This document shows, one piece after another, positions 1-13,088 of a stretch of DNA of 64,000 nucleotides (position 1 is the stretch's first letter; each line of letters starts with the position of its first letter). Origin of the DNA: Lytechinus pictus. Its lineage: Eukaryota. The stretch is from NCBI RefSeq assembly GCF_037042905.1, contig NC_087250.1, positions 6,946,001 through 7,010,000 of the forward strand. The letters are read 5' to 3'. The notes under the pieces are model-generated. The model saw only the letters and a program-made list of their open reading frames with translations. It searched no databases and had not been told where the DNA came from. A program made the translations under genes and the position numbers.

Positions 1-692
1 AAATAGTATACCACTTTAAAAATAAAAGTATGGAAAAAAAACATTTATCAATTAAACACATCCATGCAAATTTACAACACACAATCCCATGCGGTGTTTT
101 GAAACAGGTTTTTTTTTTTTTTTTTTAATGGGTGTTTTAAAACACGTTTTAAAACATGTTTAAAAAACACCGTTTACAACGTGCCAACCCTGAAAGCGAG
201 GAATTTTTTTTTCTTTCCCTCTTTCTCTTTTTTTTTTTGCTTGTCAAATTTTCCTCCGGAAAATGTGTCTCCCCCTTTTGAAAAAAAATCCTGGATCCGC
301 CCCTGAAACTTGACAGTGTCAAAAATCAAGCATTTATCCCCAAGGACCGGAAATATGCCGAAGTAGCCTACCCCATTTCACCAAACATAGAGACAGTTTT
401 AACAGACGACAATCATTGTATGTAGGATGAGGGCCATCGGGTCAAGGTACAGGGTTATGATACAACCTTGACCGTATTCGACAGTTACCACAGGAACTGC
501 GCCCCTCAGCCAATTAAAACGTCAAGAAAAAGGGTCAGATCAGACAACTTGTCGGACAAAAATGTTTAGGAAACGCTCGCCTGAACTCGTAAGACATAAA
601 CAAATGCATCCTACTGAAAAGCCCTATGTGATGGGTCAAACAAGATAATTAATGGCAATGATATATCAAAACATGTTGATTTTAAATGCATA

Positions 693-972
693 CACTCTAA
701 AATATTTTTTTTAAAATAAAAATAGGGGGCCTATTGGATCAATTTTTTACCACCACTGGGGTAATTATGTGTCCAACCAATTTCTGGCAGTATTTTACCC
801 TATGCGGATAGCATATTGTCCAGTAATGTTGAAAGAATAAACAGCTATTACTTTAGAATGGGCAAAATTTTCATCACACTGGATGAATGAAAATGCTCAA
901 AAAAAATGCCCAATGTTCGGTGGACACATAATTACCCTCATGGAGCACTTTTACTCAATATTTTTTAGAGTG
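693..972. mobile_element. Non-autonomous EnSpm/CACTA-type MITE (CACTCTAAAA termini)
   Basis: Starts CACTCTAAAA and ends TTTTAGAGTG, with TA on both sides (691-692, 973-974); internal TTTTACC/GGTAA motifs. Confidence 0.7.
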
Positions 973-2304
973 TATAGTTCAGAAGAATTATGCAAAAGAT
1001 ATTATCATGGAATACTTTAGGATGAATACAATAAGATTTGAACAGATTGATTAGAATCATACAAACCAAACTCTGAAATTCATCGAAATCAGACTTTGAA
1101 TTACAAAGTTATGACTTTCTAAAATATTTTAATTACTTTTGATGATTTTGTGTGCAGATCTTCATGCAGATGGAGAAGAGGCTTGTATGATATTATTTTA
1201 TGAATATTATGTAAAAATCTATCACGAAATTGGATTTTTGTAATAAGAATTTTGAAAACAAATTCTTGATCGCTTAGCTTGCGTGAAGCATTTTATCAAT
1301 TTTGCCCGATATGCCATATCTGACCCTCTCCAGATCGTTGGCTCACTACGCCACTGTCTTCATGATTGTGCATTGAGGAAGCCCATGTTGTCATATCCCC
1401 TTTATTCTTTCGTATTTTATAATTTGACATAATGTTTGACCAATTTCTTTCCTCAAAAAGTGTAAAAACAAAATCAACTACTGCTTCATTTAATGTGTTC
1501 AAGATCATCGAAGCTGAAACCTGTTTTGTAACATGGGAGACTTTTGGTGTGGGAATAAGCCATAATTAAAGTTTCATATGATGGAAAATGAGGGTATCAC
1601 ATCTAAATCAACCGCGTAGCAAGGATTTAATTTTGGAGGGGGCAGTGAACACTTACAGAGAAGCGCGCTCCCTATAGGGGAGAGGGTGCAGGGAGGGGGA
1701 AGTCGTCTTGCATCCTCTCCCTTTGCGAAGTGCGATATCTAATCAAATTCAAATCAAAAGAAGACGTCTCTTGCGTCTCTAGTATACCCTTATAAACTCG
1801 CCTTAAATCGACTTGCTATGATAAAAAAACAGTTATGAAAGAAGAAATTATGAACGTCCAAAAAGGGGGAAAAGATTGAGCAATATGAAGAAAAAAATCC
1901 TGTTCCCGCGCAAAGCGCGGAAGCTAAAACGTTTTATAAAAATTGAGAACAGAAGTGGTCTACATTGGTCAGATCAGATTTGATGGCAAAAGCGTTCCTT
2001 TAACCACCAAAACAAAGTAGAAGACGGGTATGCAAGGAAAAAACATTCCTTCCCGCAAATAAAGCTGAAGCTCTAAAATTTCGAAATTTCTAATAGGAAA
2101 CCTTAACCTGCTCTAATTTTAATATTTTCTAAATTATACATACCTCGATTACCATGATTATGAAGAAAAAAGAGCTCAAAATGATGCAAGCTAGAAAGTT
2201 GATTTTTTTTCCGTTCTCATTTACGCCATTCAGGGAAAACTCGTTGGTTTATTTTGGAAGAAAATAATTTTACACATATTAAGCGCTTCCTTTTCTATGA
2301 TTAA

Positions 2305-2890
2305 AGGAGAATAAAACCCTTGAAACCAGCTGAATCCATATCAAAGAGAAAAATCAAAGAAACATATTGTTGAAAATTTGAGGAAGATTGAATAAATAAT
2401 AAGAAAGTTATGAGCATTTGAAAATTGAGATCATTAATGCCATGTAGATCCTCCCATTGACAATGCGACCAAGATCTGTGATGTCACACACGTACAACTC
2501 CCTCATTACTTTAGTACTTATTTTACTTAAATTTTCACTTTTACAGAGTTTATCACAAGGTGAGGTGTTCTCTTAATGAGAGGACAAGTACAGAGGGTTC
2601 ACAACATTATATCATTGATGAACATCGTTTGTCATATGATTAGAATGAGCAAAAAGAAATATTTTGGGGTATATTTTCAGTGTCCAAAAGGGGAGAGTTG
2701 TTCCTCTGTGACATCATAGATCTTGGTCGCATTGCCAACAGGAGGATCTCCATAGCATTAGTGATCTCGACATTCAAATGCTCATAACTCTTCTATTACT
2801 AGTCCTATTTTACTCAAACTTTTGTTGATCTTATTCTTTGATTTTTCTGCTTTCACAAAAGCTAACTTGCTCCAAGAGTTTCATTCTCCT
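2305..2890. mobile_element. Kolobok-type MITE
   Basis: TTAA|AGGAGAATAAAACCCTTG ... CAAGAGTTTCATTCTCCT|ATAA; long imperfect inverted arms; right TTAA mutated. Confidence 0.65.
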
Positions 2891-2980
2891 ATAAGAAACT
2901 TCAGTGATATTCATAATTTCAAATTAATGGCACAAAACAAGACAGCAGATGGATGTGCAGCGATATAGAATTATACAGAT

Positions 2981-3131
2981 ATTGACTGATGGGGTGTGTA
3001 GTCTAAACATTCTTTGGACCGCCGGATTTATATTTTTCCGATGGGATTCCCGAAGCGCGCAGCGCTAAGGGAAAATATAAATCCTTTAGGCGTTCCAAAG
3101 AAAGTTTATTTTACACACCCAATCAGTTAAT
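2981..3131. repeat. ~150-bp imperfect hairpin, probable 3' terminal structure of the Crypton element
   Basis: ATTGACTGATGGGGTGTGTA ... TACACACCCAATCAGTTAAT arms around a central GAAGCGCGCAGCGCT; lies just downstream of the minus-strand recombinase remnant. Confidence 0.55.
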
Positions 3132-3408
3132 GCCTGAAATGATTTATCTAGACTCTAATTTGTAGAGAAAGTAGACCTAGGCCTATAGATTAAACTAGAT
3201 CTAGACCTACATAGGTATTAGAACTAACAAAATATAAAATGTACTTACCAGATCCATTCCTTGCAAAAATGAGGAAAACAGTCCTAGTGGTAGTCTATAC
3301 ATTCCAATAAAATTCCAACTGTTCCAACTGTTCAACGTAAACAACAAACACGAACGCAACATATCTACATTGCATGGGTACGATGCAATATTCTACTTGT
3401 TTATCATG

Positions 3409-4965
3409 TTACAGTACACTGATGGAAGTGGTCCTGTACGACCCTTTTCTGGTCCACATCCAATTTCTTTGATACAATTTGAGAGGTGAGGACTGTGAGT
3501 CCGGTTCAGGTCCAGGACACGGGGCAGACCGAGATCCATATTGATTCTGAGCCGTAACATCAGATGCGCAAAATTGGGGATAAAATGCAACAGGACTAGA
3601 TGGCGGCCTACTAATTCTAAAAGGTTTTCCTGAGGCTGATCTCTCAGTTGTCGAACCAGGACTTGGTCCAGGGCCCAATGTGGATCTCCTTAGATCCTGA
3701 GGCTGAGCCATAACATAAGATGCAGATTCTGGTTGTGGATGAGATGAAACAGGACGACTAGGTAATGGCCTGCTGACCGTACATGGTGGTCCTGATCTTT
3801 CTTTTTCTGAACCAGATCCAGATGCAGGACCAAATCTAGCACTAACTTTAGACTTTGTACTATTTTGACTAGAAAGCATAAACCTTCGACTGACATTTCC
3901 GTGACAAGCATAAGCTCATTTGTTGTTTGTGTCCTTCGTCGACTCGAGAGTAATGTCTGCTCTCACTTTTATGTCCTAAAACCGTCATGATACGCCTGGA
4001 CTCAAATCCTTTTTCATCTAACGTAGTGATACTTTTTAGTTGTGGCTCAAATGCAGTGGTTCGTGTAGGCCTTGACGTGTTAGCTTCATGCTAATGCTTT
4101 TCATTTTGTTCCCCAAGCATTCTTACCAACAACCTGATGATCATACCATGGCACATTTTGTTGGTCTTGGATGTACTGGCCCTGGACCGCTTCCAAGTTT
4201 GACATTTTCTTGGGGCGCACTTGAATTTGGTCGTTGCCAAAAATACGGAAAATCACGATTAAGATGCAAAACCTATTCATAAAACGACTTGACGGGACAA
4301 TTTTCATCCTTCGTCTCATACATCCGACCATGTTGGCTCCTTGAGTCATCATCTTTGTCTCCTTTGTAATTTATAGTAAGCTTATCCTTCGCGAGATAAA
4401 CAGGTCTCCTGTTGCTCGAATCTGTAGCAAGTCGTCTGTCCTTATATAGATCCCTAAGATTCTCCCTGCTTCTGTTACACAGGTGTAACATTAGATTAAC
4501 AAGCACAGCATTCTGGAGATCTCTAGGAGTAGAACGGTCTAAGGCTCGCGAAGTCATTATTTTTTAAGTCGTATTTATAGGATCCTTGTGTGTTATTGAA
4601 CCTTTTCCTTCAGCTTTCGTTTTGTGGAGGACTGCAGCAAACATTTCGTTTGCACGTCAAAATTCAACGCTGCTCACAATGTCCATTGCCTTAATTTGTT
4701 TTTAGAAAGTGCCTCAGGAGACCGGCATAGCGTGTTGGGATAATGAATCTCTTTGCGTAACATTGGCCATTTCCCCTCCGCACCTCTGCGTAGAATGATC
4801 GAATGCACTCGCATAAAACTCTTACTCCGAATATTCCTTCTCCACTTTTCCAAAGTCAAGAGACTTTGCCCTACAATAGCAATGGCATATATCTATCGCC
4901 TGTTTTACAACATTTTTCGTAGATTTAGAATCCTTATTGCCCAAAGCTGATCCAAATTTCACCAT
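3409..4965 (-). pseudogene. Crypton-type (DUF3504/KCTD1-like) tyrosine recombinase, frameshifted
   Basis: Minus-strand frames give TPRDLQNAV..NLMLHLCNRSRENLRDL, GRMYETKDENCPVKSFYE, FPYFWQRP, YTNHCI*ATT, ITTLDEKGFESRRIMTVLGHKSESRHYSR (R..HxxR..H..Y set). The catalytic R codon is now TGA (4047-4049). Several frameshifts; Pro/Ser-rich repeated C-terminus (ORF 3409-3879). Start coordinate approximate. Confidence 0.85.
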
Positions 4966-6222
4966 TGCTCATTAGCACAAATCTAGGCTCCATTTTGACG
5001 TATTGTTGAATCAAACTAGGACTGGACCTGGACCGGACTCACTGCACTAAGTACTACACCGCTTTTAAATTACGCGGTACTCGGCCCGAAGATTTATTGC
5101 AATATTAATATCGAGTGTTGATCGATTGCAAACAATCGCTACTTTAGTCCCACATATGTTTTTTCCGTCACTTTGGTAACATCTAATCCAAGGGAGGGCA
5201 CCAGACACGTAGAAAAATATATTCATGGACAAGCTGGTCAATACATTAATCGAAGGTGGACCGGCTGGAAAAATACACTGATTTCGATCAAATCACGTGA
5301 CGTGCAGTTGACCAATCGCGCTTGGCTATCTGTCTTATTGGCTATCTAATATAGAGTTTTATCTGTATATACGTTTGCATATAGCACGGCACGAATTCAA
5401 TGCCCGCCCCCTTGAGCAGAAGCTTGCCAAAATTTCGCTGTTTACCCGCTCTGACCAGAAGAGCAGAATGTTGTGTGTCAATGCAATTTTTAAAAAAAAT
5501 ACATTTCATATTTTTCACTAACGTAAACTTTAAAACTTCTGGCAAGAAATACACGAGTCCCATGGCTATGTAGGGGGAAAACGAAGTAGAAAAAAACATG
5601 TGAAAAACAAAAGGGAAAAGGCTATTTCAATATTTTTCCCGATCAGAGCGCAAAAGCCAAATTTTGTACGAAGAGATAGAAAAACCTCTCATTGAGATTT
5701 ATTCGTATGGGAAAAATAAGGAAAAACAATGAAGCTATACCCTTCTTCCCTTTTATCCCTTCGCTTTTGCCTTTTCTCCTTTTTCTTTTTTCTGCTTGTT
5801 GAATATTATTCATTTCATTCAGATAGGCCTATTGTTATTTTCAGTTTTCAGCCTGGAGTTCCACTTTAAAAGACCTAAACGGACCACACAAGTCAGAAAT
5901 AATTTGTACAGAATGAATGTGGCAAGGAATATTTACCCTACATATACATATATATATATATATATACATTACCGATGCAATTAAGTAGCCACAAATGGGA
6001 AAAAAACTTATGTGATTACTGCAATAAAACAGTAATATGAGTGATGTAGCCATCACCATCATTATTGGACATTTTTTATCATCCATTTATAATCATGTCA
6101 ATCATATTTAAAGATACTTATTTTTTGTATACTGTATACTTAATTGTCCTGTGTTTCCAAGAATAAGGAAGCATGGGTCTCCTCCCGACCGCTAACTTTA
6201 GAATCCAATGCCAAAACTCTAC

Positions 6223-6626
6223 GGCTCGAATTCACAAAGGTGGTTTTGAAAACCCACGGTTGAGTCCATGGTTTATGCAGATTTCCTGTATAAATTACGC
6301 TAAATATAGCGCGTATCGGGCGCGAGTATAAAACATGTCCAATGCTGATGCGCGCATTTGTCACAGTTCGCCAAATTGACGCCTGTTACCATGGTTAGAT
6401 ACGCTATTTTATTCATGAGTCCACTGTTTGAAGAGTGGACTCATGAATAAAATAGCGTATCTAACCATGATAACAGGCGTCAATTTGTGACAAATGCGCG
6501 CATCAGCATTGGAAATGTTTTATACATGTCCGATACGCGCTAAATTAAGCGTAATTTATACAGGACATCTGCATAAACCATGGACTCAACCGTGGGTTTT
6601 CAAAACCACCTTTGTGAATTCGGGCC
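6223..6626. mobile_element. Palindromic PIF/Harbinger-type MITE
   Basis: ~200-bp inverted arms GGCTCGAATTCACAAAGGTGGTTTTGAAAACCCACGG ... CCACCTTTGTGAATTCGGGCC; absent from the homologous SINE copy at ~7190-7210. Confidence 0.75.
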
Positions 6627-6629
6627 TAT

Positions 6630-6764
6630 ACGTGACAATCAATCACATTGACGTTCACAATCCTACCGGGTACCCATTTAACACTTTAGCGCCGGGTGGG
6701 ATTCGAACCCTCGACCCTTGGTTTAAGAGTCAAGTGACTGAACCACGATACCTCCTTATGCCTT
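6630..6764 (-). mobile_element. tRNA-derived SINE head (left arm of an inverted pair)
   Basis: Reverse complement of 7079-7200; B-box GGTTCGAATCCC on the minus strand. Confidence 0.7.
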
Positions 6765-6825
6765 AAAGGGATAATTTCACTTTGTAAGCAATTTAGAAAA
6801 TAATTGCTCTTTAATAAAGGCATAA

Positions 6826-7320
6826 GGAGATGTCGTGGTGTATACCCAGTTGTTGTGTGTCCGGACAGGTTGTGTGTCCGGACGATCAGTTTTAGAAAGT
6901 CATTTGGAAAAATTTACAAGCGAAGTTTCATAAATGTTTAGTACAAATGTTAGGAAATATTATAGAGAACAAAATTGAAGATGATTACAACTATTGAATT
7001 CGTATTTTTAGTGTAATCCAAAGACAAAAAAGAAGGCTTCAAAAATATAAAGTGTCCGGACACCCGACCCCCATCCTAGTGGTTCAGTCACTTGGCTCTT
7101 TAATAAACCAAGGGTCGAGGGTTCGAATCCCACCCGGCGCTAAAGTGTTAAATGGGTACCCGGTAGGATTGTGAACGTCAATGTGATTGATTGTCACGAG
7201 TAGAGTTTTGGCAGGGCACTTATCGACGTTTGTTACTCTCCACCCAGGTGTCAAATGGGTACCCGGTAGGATGTGAACGTCCATGTCTTTGATTGACACG
7301 TGTGCACTTCTGTGGTCCGT
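6826..7320 (+). mobile_element. tRNA-derived SINE interrupted in its A-box
   Basis: GGAGATGTCGTGGTG[insert]TAGTGGTTCAG A-box, GGTTCGAATCCC B-box, CTCCACCCAGGTG..AAATGGGTACC core. Confidence 0.75.
6843..7076 (+). mobile_element. 234-bp TA-targeting insertion with asymmetric ends (copy 1)
   Basis: TA|TACCCAGTTG...CCCCATCC|TA; subterminal GTGTCCGGAC motifs; second copy inverted at 16950-17185. Confidence 0.8.
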
Positions 7321-7620
7321 TGCGGCGTTGGTTTGTTTATATTATATTACATTAATGAGTTTTTGTTCAACTTGCTACAATTTCTTGATTTGTCTGCATC
7401 AATATGGGGTCAAACGTCACCTAGTGATGAAAAGGTCAAATAGCATGAAAACTATTTTTATTGCAATCCGCGTGCATTGGATATTCAGCGTAATTAAAAC
7501 CAAATTAAATTCAATGTCTCGGTGTAACATAGAATTCATGTGAAAATTATACATGCATTTTTATCATAATATGTCATTTTGCATTATGATACAATTAAAA
7601 CGTGAAATATCTTATATGCT

Positions 7621-7977
7621 ACTCACACTGCATTTCCTTAACCCATACTATCTTCTTTTTTCGATTATGTCTTTCTTAACCCCATACTATTTGCTTAGCC
7701 GGGGTTAGGCCTGTAACCCCGGACTATCCCACAGCTCATGAATATTGATGATGTTACCAGACAGAGCGCGATTATTAATTTGCAATTTCGACTTCTGCGA
7801 TTGGCTAATGGGGCTAATGCTTAGCCCTACTTTTCCGTAGCCCTGTTTCGTTTCACACTGAATCTCTTAGCATCACAATTGCCGTGCCATCACCACAATA
7901 AGCCGGCTAACCCTGCTTTTTTGCAGGGCCAGATAGTACCGTACTATTTACCGTGCTAGCCCACTAGCAGTGTGACA
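7621..7977. repeat. Interspersed MITE-like repeat; diverged second copy at ~56222-56570
   Basis: CTCACACTGC...GCAGTGTGAC ends; shared CTTAACCCC, GCTCATGAATATTGATGAT and GTGCTAGCCCACT blocks in both copies. Confidence 0.55.
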
Positions 7978-8644
7978 ATTTAATCTACCCAATATGTAAT
8001 GAAGCATTCCGTAGGCAATTTTTTTTCCTGGATGGGGGATGACAATAAGAAAAAATTAAGAAATTCAAAAAGTGATCGAGCGAGCCTGTCATTCGTCCGC
8101 TTTTGTTTTTTCTAGAGTAAAATTTAACAATTTAATGCATATTTGTAGTAATTTTTTGTATTTTTTTTTGTAGTAACTTTTCGGCAAAAAATCCCACTGC
8201 GCATGGCCATGCAATGAAATGAGGATTCTACTTTCTTAAAAGGCGATCATGGACATCCTGCATGTCCAAATTAAATAATATTTTACAATAATACCCATTT
8301 AAAACCAGTATGTTTTTTAAACAAAATTGTTTTAAATCGACGAACTTTGAATTTGATAAAGGCGATAATTAAGGGCGCCCCCTACAATGGCATCTCGCTT
8401 CTTCAACTGAATAATTACAGTTTATGGATCAATACAATACAAGGGGCGGTCGGAAGGACGTCCCTTGGGTTGCTTTTCAGACATATTTTTTGTTTTATCC
8501 AACAATAAACATGATAACAATGCTACACAGTCAAACAAAATCAAGAAAAATTGGCAGATTTGACAGCTTTTTTTATAGAAATGTTGATGAAACGCTCCCG
8601 GATATCAAGATTAACACTCTTTTATTTTTCTTATCATTTCTTAA

Positions 8645-8895
8645 AGGACAAGTCCACCACAATAAAAAGTTGGGTTGAATAAAAAGAGAAAAATGCAACA
8701 AGTATAGTACTGCCATCATCAATTCTCTCATCTCCAAATAACTGAGTTGCGCATATAATTTGTGAAAAATAAGCAAGCTTTTAAACTTTCATAACTTTTT
8801 TAGTTTACATCCGATTTTGATGAAATTTTCAGCGTTATACTAGTTTGATTTTTCTTTATCATTTCCAATCAACAAATTTTCTGGGGTGGACTTGA
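8645..8895. mobile_element. Internally deleted Kolobok-type MITE
   Basis: TTAA|AGGACAAGTCCACC ... GGGGTGGACTTG; right end eroded. Confidence 0.5.
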
Positions 8896-9287
8896 ACTTC
8901 AATATCTTTTCCTCGCTTTTACACTACTCGAGAACAGGGTCGCACAGCGGTGCCCCTGTAAGGGTAACCAGACGTCCCGCATTTCAGCAATTCGTAACCC
9001 GCGTCCGGTACGAACCTTCCCTTCCGGGACGCCATTTTGTCCCGATTGATGCATGTGTCACTCTTTTATAATAATATTTGGGCCTACATTTACAAAAAGT
9101 ACACCAGTAAAAAAATATTCCCAGGGCCCTGAGAACAGGTAGTTATTATGTCAATTAAAATCCACTTTTTAACAAATTTGCAGCAATACAAGTCATTATA
9201 GACCTAAGTAACTGGAGTAGACCTAAATACGATTTTGCATTCATCATGTCGATTAAAATCATGCTCTTAAAAAACTTATAACAGATA

Positions 9288-9523
9288 CGCAGCAAAAACT
9301 GTGGTGTTAACCGGTGTACATAGGGGACCACACCAGTAATTTTATTCCGGTGTTAAATTGACAGTGTTAGTTTAACACCTATATGTGTTATTACAACACC
9401 TTTGGTTGTTATGTTTACACTCTTTGGTGTTATGTTCAATCTCTAGGGTGTAATTTTAACATCTCAGGGTGTGGTCCTCTATTAACACCAACTGGTGTCA
9501 GTTTTAACACCACAGTTTCAACA
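9288..9523. mobile_element. EnSpm-type palindromic MITE, copy 1
   Basis: TA|CGCAGCAAAAACTGTGGTGTTAA...TTAACACCACAGTTT; closely similar to 10226-10463. Confidence 0.7.
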
Positions 9524-10225
9524 AGCTGATCAATCACATAATGATGCAGTAAATCCAAACATGTCAACACTACTTAGATTTTTAACAAATACACTGTAAA
9601 AAAAACCTGATTTTACAGAAAAAAGAAGATTTGCAGAAAGCAATAACAGAATCATTCTGTAAATTCATAAAACAGGAATTGTTCAGGTCTGATTAAAAGG
9701 GGAAAGGGTGTTTTCTTCCGAGGATTTTTTTTATGATTAGAGTATGTGCAATTCCGCGCATTAAAAACGTCAGCACACAATTCGTTCATAACAATATCAT
9801 ATAGGTCTTAATAATTAGAGTACATACAATCAAACATGTCAAAACCACCAACACAGATTTTATATATATTGTACATAACTAACGATTCAAGTACTGCGAT
9901 ACTCGTATTCTATTGAGTGCCAAGCATAAGTTTCAGTTCCAAATGACACTTAAGAACAAGTCAATCATTGTCTTTCATTTTCAAGTGGCAGTCATGTACG
10001 TGCATTACATTTCTTATACAATACAAACGTGTAATTAAAAACCCCATTACATGCGTGTTATAAAAGTCCCTGATATGTATATTTCCTGTTGGAATGATTT
10101 ATGTGTTCCACCATAAAGCTATTTCAGCTCTATGGTTCCACAGTATGTGTCCCGAAGTGTGTTCACTATGTTGAACACGATGGCTAGGCATATCGTCACA
10201 CTGTTGAATTACAACTCAATACCTA

Positions 10226-10463
10226 CACAGCAAAAACTGTGGTGTTAACTGGTGTACATAGAGGACCACACCAGTTATTTTACACCGGTGTTAGGTTGGT
10301 GGGTTAGTTTTACACCTATAGGTGTTATTACAACACCTTTTGTTGTTACATTTACACTCTTTGGTGTTACGTTTAATCTCTAGGGTGTAATTTTAACACC
10401 TCAGGGTGTGGTCCTCTATTAACACCAATTGGTGTCAGTTTTAACACCACAGTTTTTACAGTG
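10226..10463. mobile_element. EnSpm-type palindromic MITE, copy 2
   Basis: TA|CACAGCAAAAACTGTGGTGTTAA...TTAACACCACAGTTTTTACAGTG|TA; repeated ACACC/GGTGT subterminal motifs. Confidence 0.78.
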
Positions 10464-11309
10464 TACAGTTAGGGGGTGTTGCAAGAAAATATTTGCGATC
10501 AATTACAAATATTCTGTTTCAATTTTACCACTGATAGATCAACGTTAGATGTAGCAAATCAGATTAAACTTCTTGTTTCAAGGAGCAGATTAGCAACAAA
10601 TCACTAATGTGCAATTAACTGCAGCAAGACATATGATTGATTTAGGGACCAAAAATTTATTGATCGCAAGTTTCTTGCAACAGACACCTAGACAGTGTGA
10701 CGGTTCACAGTGTGTTCACACGGCCGACTATGTGAATATGTCATGAAATGTTCAAATTTAACGGTGTGAAGGTGATTTCACAGATGTGTCCCACAGTGTG
10801 GCACAAACCATGGGACACTGTGTTCTTTTCATGTGTAGGGTCAGAGATATGGAGGGGACTTGAAAAGCGCCACCATGATCGCTCCCTCACTTTCAAGCTT
10901 CTTTACAAAAAAAAATACATATCTTGCCCTCCCCCCCCCCCCACCGGGAAAAAAATATGCGTTGGGCGATTTGTTGAGGTGTCCAGTGAGCTCACTCCAC
11001 ACCCTTGAGTTTATATATCTTCACACTATTTAAAATTTTAAATGTTGATCATTTTGAAAGTGTAACACATTTCCACATGATGTCAAATACATGAACGTTC
11101 ACACTCACACTAGCTGTTGAATTTGCGCATCCCCCTTTTTCATTCAAATTAACCACGGGGCCACCATCTTCATCACCCTTTAATCGCTCTCGATGGCGGT
11201 CTCTAGCATTCCTTTCAACTGTCATTCTCTTCAATCAATAATACATTTGAATGATATCATGGATATATTTTACTGTATATTTATTTTTATACTTAGATTG
11301 CGACTATTA

Positions 11310-11520
11310 TACTCTAAAAAAGTTTACTCAACATTGCCTAAAATAGGAACACGCATGTTGGTTGGGTAAAAAGACACTTGTAGATTTTACGCAATGTTGC
11401 GTTGAAATTTACCCTTAAACATGCATTTTGCCCAATATGAGTTAAAAAAAATACCCAGCAAACATGCATGTTACATATCTAACCAATATTGGGTAAGATT
11501 TACTCAGTGTTTTTAGAGTG
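11310..11520. mobile_element. EnSpm-type MITE with (C)ACTCTAAAAA termini
   Basis: TA|tACTCTAAAAA ... TTTTTAGAGTG|TA; same terminus type as 693-972. Confidence 0.6.
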
Positions 11521-11724
11521 TATTGATTTTTTCGAGTTTTATTTGTATTATATAACTGATTCATGTGAATGCAAAAATAAAATTGAATGAACAAATCCAT
11601 GTTGGTTAGACTTGATGTTTAAAATGTAAACTAATTTGTTTGTTTGGGGGGGCATTAAAACATATTTTTGTTTGTTTTTATTATGGGGTGCATTATTTAT
11701 ATTACCCCAAACTCTATCCCATCG

Positions 11725-12025
11725 CTTTCTATATCTCTCCCTCCTTTTCTTTCTTCCTTTCTTTGTTTCTTTCTTTCCCTCTTCCTTTTCTTTATGTCTT
11801 TCTTTTTTTCTCTCCGTTTCTTTCATTCCTTCTTCTTTCTGTCTGTCTTTTTATTCTTCATGTATCTCTTTCTTTCTTTTTTCTTTCTTTCTTTTATTCT
11901 TTCTTTTTCATTCATTTTTTCTTTCTCTCATTCTAATTTTTTTCTCTGATGCTCCCTCTCTTTCTTTCTTTATCTCTATTTTTATTTATTCCCTCTCTAT
12001 CTCTCTCACACTTATTTCTTTCTCT
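11725..12025. repeat. CT-rich low-complexity tract
   Basis: Almost pure C/T on the + strand. Confidence 0.9.
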
Positions 12026-13088
12026 GAAATAATTGGTAAAATAATGAGGAAACATAAGTCTTTACTAAAACCACTCTTTGTCTGCAGTTTTTCCTTCTAC
12101 ACGAAAACATTAACTAAATCACATACAGGTATAGGATTACATTTTGGTTTTAATGTGCAGCAATTTGTGAATGACGTAAACATAATAACCGATCCTGAAT
12201 ATAAATACAAACAGCAAAAAAGAAAATCTTGTTCAAATGCACTTAAGAATATTTCGAAAAGAGAACCATCGCCATATTATCAAGAAAGAAAATATTTTTA
12301 TACGGTTTTGCCGTTATTTTTACAGATTCAAGAACAACAAAAAAAGCAAACTACGACATTGTTTTAAACATAGTCAATAACCAGGACCCCGTTCCATAGA
12401 AGCAGTTATATATGGCAACTTTATGATTCGTTCGTGATTTCCATGGCAACGATGCTCAACAGCCAACCAAAATCGAGGATTCTTTGGAAAATACCATTGG
12501 ATGGCAAAGTTACCATGTTAGGAACTTCGATGCAAGGGATCCAACATGTCCAATGTAACACCCACTGAGAGAAAGCGCTTTACATGACATGTATTTTTAA
12601 AAAAATGATGACACGACATTTACTCCTCCGACAATTGCTCTTGGCTTTATTTCGCCTAAGTTGAGGGTGTAATTGCAATAGTATTTTATCTTAGGCTTCG
12701 GGTTAGGTTTAGGGTAGGATATAGTATACAAGTAATTCAAGTAAGCGCGTGCATGCAGGGCCAAATTATGAACGATGTGCGAGAAGAGCCAATGGCAGGA
12801 CCGAGTGTGGTATATCCATTTGGCGAGTCGAGCACAGAGTTCATTATTTAGGTCATCTATGCACAAGAATGCGTGTATTGTTTGTTTTATACGACCCCCC
12901 CCCCCTCCCATGTTACTGAATTGTTCCGAATGCTATATTTATACTCTGACGTCTGAGTGTAGGATAGTACATTTGGTATGACATCAGAGAGCAGGATAGC
13001 ACATTTTGGATGCAATAGTGCAATTCGCTGAATATCATGTGATCCGATTTGGACCAATCAGATTACAGAATAATCTAGTGTTGAAGTC

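Noticed and set aside
7079..7140. tRNA gene
   Set aside because: A/B boxes are present but there is no complete cloverleaf; it continues into a SINE core and is interrupted by an insertion
11636..12367. 243-aa ORF and overlapping ORFs
   Set aside because: F/S/L-rich translation of a CT microsatellite; no domain signal
12690..12720. Telomere-like GGTTAGGTTTAGGG
   Set aside because: Only two or three degenerate units inside an interspersed repeat; not a telomeric array
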